59,392 nucleotides of DNA from a virus: IMG/VR virus record IMGVR_UViG_3300045988_149079, positions 1-59,392 of that record; one strand, 5' to 3'. A program made the translations under genes and the position numbers. The notes below the pieces were generated by a model. That model saw nothing but the letters and a program-made list of their open reading frames with translations. It did no database searches and was not told the origin of the DNA. Below, in pieces: positions 1 to 9,067 of this stretch. The stretch's first letter is position 1. Every line of letters begins with the position of its first letter.

Positions 1-99
1 TATATGTAATAAATAGGAGGAAGAAAGATGCTAAAGAAAAAGATGGATAAAAGATGTTTAGATATTATTAACCATTATGGTCCAGATCATCAAAAAAGA
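1..99. repeat. Terminal direct repeat, copy 1 (identical to 59294-59392)
   Basis: Read directly: bases 1-99 equal 59294-59392, giving a unique unit of 59,293 bp. This fits an assembly overlap of a circular or permuted genome, or a short terminal redundancy. Confidence 0.95.
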
Positions 100-372
100 A
101 TATTTAGTGGAGAAGCTGATGAATTAAGAGATGCTATAACAGAAGTAGAATTAAGGGATCAAGATTATTTATGCGAAAGACATGAGGATATGCTAATTGA
201 TGAAATAGCTGATGTACTGGTTATGTTAGGTCAGTTTATTCAATATTATGATCTACCTATCGATAAAATAGATAAGAGGATAGATTTTAAATTAGATAGA
301 CAGGAGGAAAGAATGAAAAATGAAGGCATTCATCAAACAAGAGTGTTGGGACCAGTTCAAAGAGAATTCTAA
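28..372 (+). CDS. MazG-like nucleoside triphosphate pyrophosphohydrolase (putative)
   Basis: 114-aa ORF with SD 'aggagg' upstream. Acidic helices 'GEADELRDAITE' and 'LIDEIADVLVML' resemble MazG/YpjD-type NTP-PPase metal-binding helices. Confidence 0.5.
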   Translation: MLKKKMDKRCLDIINHYGPDHQKRIFSGEADELRDAITEVELRDQDYLCERHEDMLIDEIADVLVMLGQFIQYYDLPIDKIDKRIDFKLDRQEERMKNEGIHQTRVLGPVQREF

Positions 373-583
373 TAAGTATAAGTTCTACGTCTATAGTAAA
401 TCTAAAAAATATTTTGTAAAGATATTAGATGAGGATCTTATATTAACAGTTAATAAAAGAACTAGGGAATTACAATTACAAACACCAATGGGCTATAGTC
501 CTTTTATGGAAGTACATAAAGAAACATATAAAGATCTATATGACGAAGGTTTTGTAGAATTCGAAGAAAGTAGGTTCGACTAA
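320..583 (+). CDS. Hypothetical protein
   Basis: 87-aa ORF with SD 'aggagga' about 11 nt upstream of the ATG. It overlaps the 3' end of the previous ORF in another frame. Confidence 0.5.
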   Translation: MKAFIKQECWDQFKENSNKYKFYVYSKSKKYFVKILDEDLILTVNKRTRELQLQTPMGYSPFMEVHKETYKDLYDEGFVEFEESRFD

Positions 584-777
584 TGAATAAAGAAGAAAGA
601 GATAGAGAAAAAGAAATAAGAAGATTGATGTATATAAAATCAGAACTTATAAAACAAACTAAAAAAGAATTAGTAGAATTAAGAACTGAATTGAATAGTT
701 TAGGTAATAATAAGGGAGGTAAAGAATATGAAGAAGGTCCTAGATTGGTTAAAAGAAAACAAAGAGGAAATCGTTGA
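583..777 (+). CDS. Hypothetical protein (Lys/Glu-rich, coiled-coil-like)
   Basis: 64-aa ORF. Its ATG overlaps the upstream stop (TAATG), suggesting translational coupling. Confidence 0.45.
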   Translation: MNKEERDREKEIRRLMYIKSELIKQTKKELVELRTELNSLGNNKGGKEYEEGPRLVKRKQRGNR

Positions 778-1063
778 AGCAAGTGCAATAGGATTATTTC
801 TATTAGTATTAGGCTTAATGTTATTTATAGTTATGTTAGTAGCTATGACAGATGATTTAGTTGGCGTATTGGAGGAAAAACAAGTTCAATTAGATCAAGT
901 AACTATGGAAAGAAATAGATTATATTTAGTAAACGATAGTATTATACAAACATATGAGGATGCAATACCAAAACAACAATATATAGATGATATTGAATAT
1001 TTAGAATCTGTAATAAGAGAGCTAAGGGAGTCATGTCAAAATGACACATATAATAATAATTGA
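728..1063 (+). CDS. Hypothetical membrane protein
   Basis: SD 'aagggagg' upstream. One hydrophobic helix, 'AIGLFLLVLGLMLFIVMLVAM'. Confidence 0.55.
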   Translation: MKKVLDWLKENKEEIVEASAIGLFLLVLGLMLFIVMLVAMTDDLVGVLEEKQVQLDQVTMERNRLYLVNDSIIQTYEDAIPKQQYIDDIEYLESVIRELRESCQNDTYNNN

Positions 1064-1077
1064 TAGGAGGAGTTAGA

Positions 1078-2796
1078 ATGGCTAAAAAAAGATCTGTGAT
1101 TAACAATAACTTAGGTGGCGAACAGATAGTATATTTAGATAACGAAAAAGATGATGCTATAAAAGATACTATAGAAACATATAACGTAAGTGCTAATGAT
1201 CAAGAAGTAGATAAATTGGTTCAAAAAGTTTACGATGAGTTTAATAATAGCGACGAAAGAAAGTTAATGTTAGATGGTATTAGATACTACAATAATGAAT
1301 CAGAAATAGATAAAAAAATAAGATATAATCATTGTGGTACAGATGCTTCAGTAAATGATAAGTTATCTAACGTTAAGCTACATAAGAATATTATGAGAAA
1401 ATTAACAAGACAAAAAGTTAATACTTTATTAGGTAAACCATATAGTATTAAGACCGATGATGATAATTATAAGAAAATACTAGAAGATGAATACTTTAGT
1501 AAATATATGTATAGAAAGATCTATAATACAGCTAAGGAAGCCATAAAAGAAGGTATTAACTGGTTAAATGCTTATTACGATGAGAATGGCGCATTATGTT
1601 TTAGAAGAGTTCCAGGAAATCAAGTTAAAGTATTCTGGGCTGATAGAGAGCATACAAAGATATCTCAACTAATACATTATTATGAAATTATAGTATATAA
1701 AGGCGACGAAACTAAAACATGTGTATATGCTGATTACTATAATGATAAAGGTGTTATTCATTATGTAAAAGAAGATAGTGGATTTACTAGAGATTCAGAA
1801 CATCCAAAACAAGAAGGTAACTTTACTTTAATGGTTCCACAAACAGAAGAAATAAAGAATGATAAAGATGAAGTAATAGAAGTTACTTATAAGTTAGATG
1901 AAAATGGTAATATCATATTCGAACCACAAGAAATGGTTTGGGATAGAATACCTTGGGTTCCTTTAAAGTATAATGAGGAAGAAACTAGTTTACTTAAATA
2001 TATTAAATCATATCAAGATAATTATGAAAAGATTATTAGTGCAGCAGCTGATATCATAATTGATATCCCTAATGCTATTAAATATTTCAAAGGTTATGCA
2101 GGAGCAGATCTTGCAGAATTAACTAGAAATATAGCAGAGTTTAGAGCTGTATTAGTTGATCCAGATGGAGATGTAGGATCTTTAGATACAGATTTCAATA
2201 TAGAAGCATTTAATTCATTATTAGATAGATTAAGAAAAGATGCTTATGAGGATGGAGCAGGAGTAGATGTTCAATCTGATAAAACAGGAGATAAGAGTGG
2301 TGTTGGATTGAAGTTCCTTTATTCAGATCTTGATTTAGATCTAAATGAATTAGAGCAAGAAATGGACGTATTCTTTGAATGGCTATTATGGTTTATAGAT
2401 TTCGATATAAGAATGAAGCACGGAACTGATTATTCAGAAGAAGAAGTAACATTCGAATTTAATAAAACCAATATTATTAACGAATCTGAGTTAATTAGTA
2501 TGATTAACAATTCTAGAGATATGATACCAGATAGTATCTTATTACCAAAACATCCATTCGTAGATGATGTAACTGAAGTAGAAGATGCAATAGAAGAGCA
2601 AAGGATGGCCGAAGAAGAAGAAATGCAAAAGAATATGGAGCTATATGGTAATCAAGGATTTAATAATGGAAATAATGTATCTACGAGTAAATTACCTAAA
2701 GTAACTAGTGGATCATCAAGTAATAAATCAAATAGCAATAGTTCTAAGAAGGATGAAAAGAAAGATCAAAAAGCAAAAAGTAATACCAATAGTTAG
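1078..2796 (+). CDS. Portal protein (SPP1 Gp6-like)
   Basis: About 570 aa, placed between TerL and the head-morphogenesis gene, with the acidic/Ser-Asn-rich C-terminal tail typical of portals. Start moved to ATG 1078 (SD 'taggagg'). The ORF track starts at 1060. Confidence 0.75.
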   Translation: MAKKRSVINNNLGGEQIVYLDNEKDDAIKDTIETYNVSANDQEVDKLVQKVYDEFNNSDERKLMLDGIRYYNNESEIDKKIRYNHCGTDASVNDKLSNVKLHKNIMRKLTRQKVNTLLGKPYSIKTDDDNYKKILEDEYFSKYMYRKIYNTAKEAIKEGINWLNAYYDENGALCFRRVPGNQVKVFWADREHTKISQLIHYYEIIVYKGDETKTCVYADYYNDKGVIHYVKEDSGFTRDSEHPKQEGNFTLMVPQTEEIKNDKDEVIEVTYKLDENGNIIFEPQEMVWDRIPWVPLKYNEEETSLLKYIKSYQDNYEKIISAAADIIIDIPNAIKYFKGYAGADLAELTRNIAEFRAVLVDPDGDVGSLDTDFNIEAFNSLLDRLRKDAYEDGAGVDVQSDKTGDKSGVGLKFLYSDLDLDLNELEQEMDVFFEWLLWFIDFDIRMKHGTDYSEEEVTFEFNKTNIINESELISMINNSRDMIPDSILLPKHPFVDDVTEVEDAIEEQRMAEEEEMQKNMELYGNQGFNNGNNVSTSKLPKVTSGSSSNKSNSNSSKKDEKKDQKAKSNTNS

Positions 2797-2807
2797 GAGG
2801 TATTAAA

Positions 2808-4577
2808 ATGAATATCGACGAAATTAAGAAGGCCATAGAGAATAACAGCAACTATTGGGAAAAGAGAGCTTTAGAAAATAAATTAAATATATTAGAAAAC
2901 GAAGAGGATTACCTTAAAAGAATATCTGATATATATGATAGAGCTAATAAAGATATTGACGATAAATTAGCTGCTGTTTACACTAGATATGCTAAAGAAA
3001 ATGGAATGACGTTAGATGAAGCATATAAACAATTACCTAAGGCTGTTGAGACTCAATATAAAAAAGATGTTATAGATTATGTTAATAAGGCTAAGAGTGG
3101 GGATGAAAGATGGAAACAATATCTCCTTAATCAAAGCCTTATGCATAAACATTCTGTATTGGATCAATTAAGAACTGAGTATAGAAATGTTATTTATAAT
3201 ATAGATATTGAGGAGACAGGTGGTAAATTCTTAGAAAAAATATTCATAAATGCCAACTATTATGCTCAGTATCAAGATAATAACGAAGCATTCGCAAGAG
3301 TGGATCAAAATAAGATACAAGCATTATTACAAGAGAATTGGTCTGGTGGAGGTAATTTTAGTCAACTTATTTGGAAAAATAAAGAACAATTAGTGGAAGC
3401 ATTAGATGATATAGTAGTTAGAGGATTTGCTACGGGAGAGAATTATGATAAGATGTCTGAGGAATTAGCTAAAAGAATGAATACTAGTAAATCTAATGCT
3501 AAAAGACTAATAATGACAGAATCGGCTAGAATGGATAATGAAGGTTTATTAGCTCATTATAAAGAAACAGAGGTTGAAAAACTAATATTCGTAGCAACAT
3601 TAGATATGAAAACATCTGAAATATGCAGAGCTATGGATGGACAAATAATTCCAATAAAAGATGCGCAAATAGGTTTAAATGTTCCTCCTCTACATCCATA
3701 TTGTAGATCAGTAATAAGTCCATATTATGAAGATAATGTTCCTGAGGATAGAATTTATAGAGATACTGAAACTAGTAAAAGCACTAAAGGAAATTATAGA
3801 ACTTATAAAGAATATTTAGAAGAAGAATTAGGAGATAGAGAACAAGCTGAAGCATTGGCAAGCACTAGAAATGATCTTCAGACATTGATAAAGGCAGTAG
3901 GAACAGTTCCAATACAGCCATCTTTACCAGTTATGGACACCTCATTAAAAATAAATACTGAATTAAATATAGAAAATAATGTAGGAAGAGAACCAATGGA
4001 AGATGAAGAAATAATTAAGGAAATAGAAGAGGCATTAGAAGAAGGATTAAATCTATACGGTAACGGTAGCGGTACAAGTGATGAATTCTTAATAGATAAA
4101 CTAGATAAGAATGGGGAATTAAAACCTAAAATAATTACTGATAAACAATACGATAAATTATTAAAGGAAATAGATAGTGTAGAAATATATAGAGGGGTTT
4201 CCATAAAAAATTATGATTTCTCTAAAGATAAGTTTATTGGTAAAGGATCTATGGGAAGTGGATTATACTTCACTAGTAAAAAAACAATAGCTCAATCATT
4301 TAGCGAAGAAGGAAATGGAACTATGATTAGTGCTATTATAGATAAAGATGCAAAAATCATAGAATTAGCTGATGTATATAGAATAGGTTCTAATTTATAT
4401 ACTAAAATGACAGGTAAGGATATTACCGATGGTATTATAAATCAGGATCCATTAGCATTGGTTTGCAGAAATTATGGATTGATAGCCTATTATAAAGGCT
4501 ATGATATAGTATATAATGGTCTTACAGAAGAATATTTAGTATTAAACAAGAAAATACTTAATATTCGTAAAAAATAA
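2808..4577 (+). CDS. Head morphogenesis protein (SPP1 gp7 / Mu F family) with an extra C-terminal domain
   Basis: Family signature 'PPLHPYCRSVISPY' in the middle of the protein. About 190 extra C-terminal residues include 'YRG' and 'GLYFTS' motifs. Confidence 0.8.
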   Translation: MNIDEIKKAIENNSNYWEKRALENKLNILENEEDYLKRISDIYDRANKDIDDKLAAVYTRYAKENGMTLDEAYKQLPKAVETQYKKDVIDYVNKAKSGDERWKQYLLNQSLMHKHSVLDQLRTEYRNVIYNIDIEETGGKFLEKIFINANYYAQYQDNNEAFARVDQNKIQALLQENWSGGGNFSQLIWKNKEQLVEALDDIVVRGFATGENYDKMSEELAKRMNTSKSNAKRLIMTESARMDNEGLLAHYKETEVEKLIFVATLDMKTSEICRAMDGQIIPIKDAQIGLNVPPLHPYCRSVISPYYEDNVPEDRIYRDTETSKSTKGNYRTYKEYLEEELGDREQAEALASTRNDLQTLIKAVGTVPIQPSLPVMDTSLKINTELNIENNVGREPMEDEEIIKEIEEALEEGLNLYGNGSGTSDEFLIDKLDKNGELKPKIITDKQYDKLLKEIDSVEIYRGVSIKNYDFSKDKFIGKGSMGSGLYFTSKKTIAQSFSEEGNGTMISAIIDKDAKIIELADVYRIGSNLYTKMTGKDITDGIINQDPLALVCRNYGLIAYYKGYDIVYNGLTEEYLVLNKKILNIRKK

Positions 4578-4684
4578 TTATTATACGAACTAACATATAA
4601 TAAATAATGAATAATTTATTCAATCTTTTATTCGAGGGTCGTGGCCTCGGAAAAAAGCGGAATAATAGGAGAGGAGAATATATT

Positions 4685-5335
4685 ATGAAAGAGAAATTAG
4701 TTAAATTAGGTCTAACCGATGAATTGGCTCAAAAGGTTGTTGATAACTTCGGAGATGTTATTGATGGTATCTATGTAACCAAAGAAAGATTCAATGAAGT
4801 CAATACGGAGTTAAAACAAGCTAAAGAAACAGTTACAGAAAGGGATAAACAATTAGAGAAATTGAAAAAAGACAATGAATCTAATGAAGATCTAAAAAAG
4901 ACTATTCAAGATTTACAAGCGGCTAATAAAACTGCTAAAGAAGAAGCAGATAAAGCATTGGCAGCTGAACGTAAATCGAATGCCATTAAGTTAGAGTTAA
5001 TGGGGAAGGTTCATAATCCAGCCATCACAATGAATCTATTAAAAATGGATGAAGTAATTATGAATGAAGATGGTACAGTAAAATCAGGATTAAAAGAACA
5101 ATTGAAGGCGTTGGAAAAAACAGATAGTTATTTATTTATTCCACAAGGCGATAATAATAATAACCAAAATGTAAATACTAACCCTTATGTTAAAGGTGCT
5201 ACGCCAAAAGATGGTGAAGGTGCCCCACAAACTAACTTAAGTAAGGCTGAACAATTTGCTAAGAACTTAGCAAAAGATCGTAACGAAGCATTCAAAGTTG
5301 CTGCGGATAGTGTTTATTTTGGTGAAAATAAATAA
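4685..5335 (+). CDS. Scaffolding protein (GP20-like)
   Basis: Start set at ATG 4685 (SD 'aggagaggag'). Coiled-coil Lys/Glu-rich protein directly upstream of the capsid genes, with the N-terminus 'MKEKLVKLGLTDELAQKV' typical of the GP20 scaffold family. Confidence 0.65.
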   Translation: MKEKLVKLGLTDELAQKVVDNFGDVIDGIYVTKERFNEVNTELKQAKETVTERDKQLEKLKKDNESNEDLKKTIQDLQAANKTAKEEADKALAAERKSNAIKLELMGKVHNPAITMNLLKMDEVIMNEDGTVKSGLKEQLKALEKTDSYLFIPQGDNNNNQNVNTNPYVKGATPKDGEGAPQTNLSKAEQFAKNLAKDRNEAFKVAADSVYFGENK

Positions 5336-5352
5336 AGAAGGAGGAATATTAA

Positions 5353-5799
5353 ATGAAAGTTATTCAAACAGAATATGGTACAAGCATTGATATCTTATTT
5401 AATCTAGATCCATATACAGCTAGACCAATTATGGTAAGTGACGAAAGTGTAACAGCTGATGAAACTACTGGTAAGAAAATTGTTAAGGCTGGTTCTTTAT
5501 TAGATAAAGATGGAGTTGTAAAAAATGATGGTACTGTTAGATATGTACTATTAAAAGATGTTGATGTAACTAATGGAGATGCTCCAGGAGCTGGTGTATA
5601 TAGAGGTACATTAGACGAAGCTAAAATTGAAAAAAATACAGGAGTTACTATTTCAGATGCTGCTAAAGTGGCATTAAGAGGAATTATCTTCATGAGCGAT
5701 GCTGATACAGATTATGTAGGTGGTACTCAAGTAGTTGCTGGAACTGGTATTTCCGTAGCTCAAAGTGGCTCTAAAGTAACTGTATCAACAAGTGCTTAG
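5353..5799 (+). CDS. Head decoration protein (lambda gpD-like, putative)
   Basis: 148-aa Gly/Val/Thr-rich ORF immediately upstream of a gpE-family capsid gene, matching the lambda D-E gene order. SD 'aaggagg'. Confidence 0.5.
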   Translation: MKVIQTEYGTSIDILFNLDPYTARPIMVSDESVTADETTGKKIVKAGSLLDKDGVVKNDGTVRYVLLKDVDVTNGDAPGAGVYRGTLDEAKIEKNTGVTISDAAKVALRGIIFMSDADTDYVGGTQVVAGTGISVAQSGSKVTVSTSA

Positions 5800-5829
5800 A
5801 ATTAAATAACAGAAAGGGAGGAATATTAA

Positions 5830-6891
5830 ATGAATTCAGTTATGGAATTAGTTAGTGCTAAGGCATTAACAACATATTGGCAAGAAACATCAAGTAATCG
5901 TATTCCTTATCTAGGTGAAGGATTATTCCCAGCTAAAAAGAAAATGGGATTAGATCTTGCTTGGATCAAAGGTTATAAAGGATTACCTGTTGCATTAAAA
6001 CCAAGTCATTTTGATACTAAAGCAACAGTTCGTGATAGAATTGGTGTTAAAAAGGTAGAAACAGAAATGCCATTCTTTAGAGAATCAATGACTATTAAAG
6101 AAAGGGATAGACAAGAATTATTAAGATTTCGTGAAAACGATAATCAAAACTTATATAGTTCAATTATTTCTGAAATCTTTGATGATAGAGCTCAATTGAT
6201 TGAAGGTGCATTGATCCAATCAGAAAGAATGAGAATGCAGTTATTAACTACTGGTGGTATTAGTATTGTAGCAAATAATGTAGATTATACTTATAATTAC
6301 GATGTAGATGGCGAATGGAAGAAAAATAATTATGAACAATTATCAGGAACCTCATTATGGAGCGATTTAACAAATGCTACTCCATTAGAAGATATTCGTG
6401 AAATGCAAGATAAGATTGTTAGTTTAACAGGAGTAAAACCAACAAGAGCAATTATGACTCAAAAAACTTGGAATTACTTACTACAAAACAAATCAATTAG
6501 AATTGCATTAAATCCATTAGCTAACGGATTAAACTTGGTAAGAGATGCTGAATTAAAATCATTGCTATTAAGCGAACTTGGTTTATCAGTAGCTATTTAT
6601 GATAAGAAATTCAAAGCAGAAGATGGAACAACACATAACTTCTATCCAGATGGATATGTTACATTACTTCCAGGAAGCACTGTTGGTAATACTTATTATG
6701 GTACTACACCAGAAGAAGCCGATCTACAATCAGCAAACTTTAATGGAGACGTATCAATCGTCGAAACAGGAGTTGCTGTTACTACAATAAATATCCCACA
6801 TCCAGTTAATAAAGAAACAATCGTTTCTGAAATCGTTTTACCTTCATTCGAAAGAATGAACGAAGTTGCTACAATTAAAGTTGCAGCGTAG
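5830..6891 (+). CDS. Major capsid protein (lambda gpE family)
   Basis: 353 aa. The N-terminal 'YLGEGLFPAKKKMGLDLAWIKG' resembles the phage major capsid protein E family. Followed by a strong terminator. Confidence 0.8.
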   Translation: MNSVMELVSAKALTTYWQETSSNRIPYLGEGLFPAKKKMGLDLAWIKGYKGLPVALKPSHFDTKATVRDRIGVKKVETEMPFFRESMTIKERDRQELLRFRENDNQNLYSSIISEIFDDRAQLIEGALIQSERMRMQLLTTGGISIVANNVDYTYNYDVDGEWKKNNYEQLSGTSLWSDLTNATPLEDIREMQDKIVSLTGVKPTRAIMTQKTWNYLLQNKSIRIALNPLANGLNLVRDAELKSLLLSELGLSVAIYDKKFKAEDGTTHNFYPDGYVTLLPGSTVGNTYYGTTPEEADLQSANFNGDVSIVETGVAVTTINIPHPVNKETIVSEIVLPSFERMNEVATIKVAA

Positions 6892-6900
6892 TCCAAAAGT

Positions 6901-6930
6901 AAGGGAAGGTTGCAAAACCTTCCTTTATTA
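6901..6930 (+). terminator. Rho-independent terminator after the capsid gene
   Basis: Stem 6901-6911 'aagggaaggtt' pairs with 6916-6926 'aaccttccttt' (one G.U), loop 'gcaa', then a T-rich tail. Confidence 0.75.
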
Positions 6931-6953
6931 GTATTAAGAAAGGAGAATTGTTT

Positions 6954-7322
6954 ATGGCTAAGTTTCCATTTAGAGTAAAACTTAATGGTGTTGTTTACGA
7001 AGCTGGTATGGAAGTACCTATCGGTAAAGAGCCTGCTAAAGAAGTTGAAATGCAGGATAAAACAGCAACAGAATTATCTAAAGAACTTAAAGAAAGATTC
7101 GGTATTGATATGGCTGCTCAAAAAGGTAAAGCTAAATTAGAAGCAGCATTAAAAGAAGCTGAAGAAGCAGAAAAGAAAAAAGCTGAGGAAGCTACTAAAG
7201 AAGATGACGAAGTTAAAGAAAACGAAGAAGATATCGAAAATGAAGGCGAAGGTTCTGAAGATAATGAGGATTCTACTCAAGACGAAAATGATTCATTCTT
7301 AGATAAAATTATAAATGAATAA
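6954..7322 (+). CDS. Hypothetical acidic protein
   Basis: ATG 6954 with SD 'aaggaga'. The C-terminal half is extremely Glu/Asp-rich. Confidence 0.55.
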   Translation: MAKFPFRVKLNGVVYEAGMEVPIGKEPAKEVEMQDKTATELSKELKERFGIDMAAQKGKAKLEAALKEAEEAEKKKAEEATKEDDEVKENEEDIENEGEGSEDNEDSTQDENDSFLDKIINE

Positions 7323-7341
7323 TAGCAGAGGAGGTGCTAAT

Positions 7342-7776
7342 ATGAAAGTTGAAGAAATCTTAGATTATAAGTTAAAAAAACTATTATCTTCTGATTCCTA
7401 TAGTAAAGTAAGCGCTGAAGATAAACAGTTTATATTAGCACAGGCTAAGAGTAAAATTCAAGCATATTGTCATAGAACAGATATGCCAAAAAGTATCTAT
7501 TATATATGGGCCGATATGGCTATAGAATTTCTTAAAATATTAAATAGTTCATTATTTAAAGTAGATGTAACATCTGAGGAAGAACTTGGTAAAAGAATTA
7601 CTAGTGTAAAAGCGGGAGATACAACAATATCATTAGATTCTGGATCAACTAGCGATTCTATTGATACAGGTTATGTTCCTACTAGTGAAGATGATATATT
7701 AAATTCTTTTTCAGATCAATTAAAACAATTTAGAAAAGTAGCAGCTGGATGTGGAGATACAACACATGGCCTTTAA
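7342..7776 (+). CDS. Head-tail connector protein (gp6-like, putative)
   Basis: Start ATG 7342 (SD 'agaggagg'). Assigned by position and size within the head-completion module. Confidence 0.5.
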   Translation: MKVEEILDYKLKKLLSSDSYSKVSAEDKQFILAQAKSKIQAYCHRTDMPKSIYYIWADMAIEFLKILNSSLFKVDVTSEEELGKRITSVKAGDTTISLDSGSTSDSIDTGYVPTSEDDILNSFSDQLKQFRKVAAGCGDTTHGL

Positions 7777-8155
7777 TATTGCCCCATTCGGAAAGATATT
7801 AAAGAATCTTATGTATTCCGACAGCTGCACAATTTCTAGAGTTGTTAGTAAAAAAGATGAATATGGTGCTACATTACCTTCCAGTAGAGAAGATATTTAC
7901 AAAGATGTTCCTTGTAAATTCAGTTTTAACCAAAAAGATGATCCTAAAGATACTAATGAAGTTTATATGCCAGTTTTAAAACAAGTAACATTGTTTGCAG
8001 AATTATCATATAACATAGTTGCTGGGGATTATATAACGGGTAAAAGAATTGATCCTGCTAGCGGTATATCACAAGATATAAAAGGTATTTGTGGAGAACC
8101 AAATAGATTTAATACTCATCAAGAAATTCCAATTCAAATAGAGGAGGAAAACTAA
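7766..8155 (+). CDS. Head closure / head-tail adaptor protein (putative)
   Basis: Start ATG 7766 (SD 'ggaga'). The pattern 'CTISRVV..KDEYG....EDIYKDVPCKFSF' is typical of head-tail joining proteins. Confidence 0.55.
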   Translation: MAFNIAPFGKILKNLMYSDSCTISRVVSKKDEYGATLPSSREDIYKDVPCKFSFNQKDDPKDTNEVYMPVLKQVTLFAELSYNIVAGDYITGKRIDPASGISQDIKGICGEPNRFNTHQEIPIQIEEEN

Positions 8156-8575
8156 TTGTTTGGTTATAGTATTGATACTAGAGCTATTAGCGAATATCAA
8201 ATGAGAGTATTAAGAGCTTCAAATAGATTAAAGGATTTCGAAAGAAAATTCTTAAACACTTTAGCGAATATGGTTATGCAAAGAGTAATGCCCAGAACAC
8301 CAGTTGATACAGGAAGATTAAGAAGAAGTTGGAAAGTATCTAAGGTTTCTGAAAAGGGTAATGTGCTGCAAATAACTATATATAATGACGCTAGAGATAA
8401 TGGAGCCGATGAAAGTTATGCTTCTTATGTTGAATTTGGACATTTTACTAGAGGAAGAGTAAGTTGGGTAGAAGGTGTTTGGATGTTAACTATTTCTACA
8501 GATGAAGTAAAAGCTGAGATGAATAGAGTTTGGAATAAATTATTCAACCAATTTGTTAAGGAGATGGGGCTATGA
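8156..8575 (+). CDS. HK97 gp10-family tail-completion protein
   Basis: Motif 'PVDTGRLRRSW'. TTG start with SD 'gaggagga' 7 nt upstream. Confidence 0.65.
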   Translation: MFGYSIDTRAISEYQMRVLRASNRLKDFERKFLNTLANMVMQRVMPRTPVDTGRLRRSWKVSKVSEKGNVLQITIYNDARDNGADESYASYVEFGHFTRGRVSWVEGVWMLTISTDEVKAEMNRVWNKLFNQFVKEMGL

Positions 8576-9066
8576 ATTTAGAAATAACTGAAAATATTAT
8601 TCGAGGATCCATAGTTAATCAATTAAAAACTATCTTTGGAGAAGATTATAAATATTATGACGAAGAAATAGTTCAAGGCTTTGAAAAACCATCATTTCAT
8701 GTTAAGCAAATAGATGATATAAGTAGAAAAGGTTATACAGGACATCAATACCAATTTACAGATGATACTTACAGATATGTTATTAAATATTTTAGTAATG
8801 AACAATTTGCTGTAATAAAGGACATAAATGATAAAATAGATGCTTTGAAAAAGGGATTTAAGTATTTAGAAATAGTAAACATAGATGGAAATAACGTATA
8901 TAGTAAATCTAATAGAATTAACGAAATTACTGTTACAATATCAGATAATGTTTTATTATTTCAAATAGAATTTCCAATAAGAACAGTAGAGTATTTACAA
9001 CTTGATAAAGTAAAGACAAATACCCTATTGACACATATAATAAATAAAGAAAAGGAGGAAGAGTAA
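8572..9066 (+). CDS. Tail terminator/completion protein (XkdJ-position, putative)
   Basis: 164-aa ORF with an ATGA overlap with the upstream gene, immediately before the sheath gene. Confidence 0.45.
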   Translation: MNLEITENIIRGSIVNQLKTIFGEDYKYYDEEIVQGFEKPSFHVKQIDDISRKGYTGHQYQFTDDTYRYVIKYFSNEQFAVIKDINDKIDALKKGFKYLEIVNIDGNNVYSKSNRINEITVTISDNVLLFQIEFPIRTVEYLQLDKVKTNTLLTHIINKEKEEE

Positions 9067-9067
9067 T

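Noticed and set aside
4564-4589. Reverse-strand copy of TTCGTATAATAAT (rc of 4577-4590), suggesting an antisense promoter into the head-morphogenesis gene
   Set aside because: It is half of an AT-rich imperfect palindrome ('ttcgta...tacgaa') right after the stop codon, so it is more simply a weak 3' hairpin. No minus-strand gene exists to be served.
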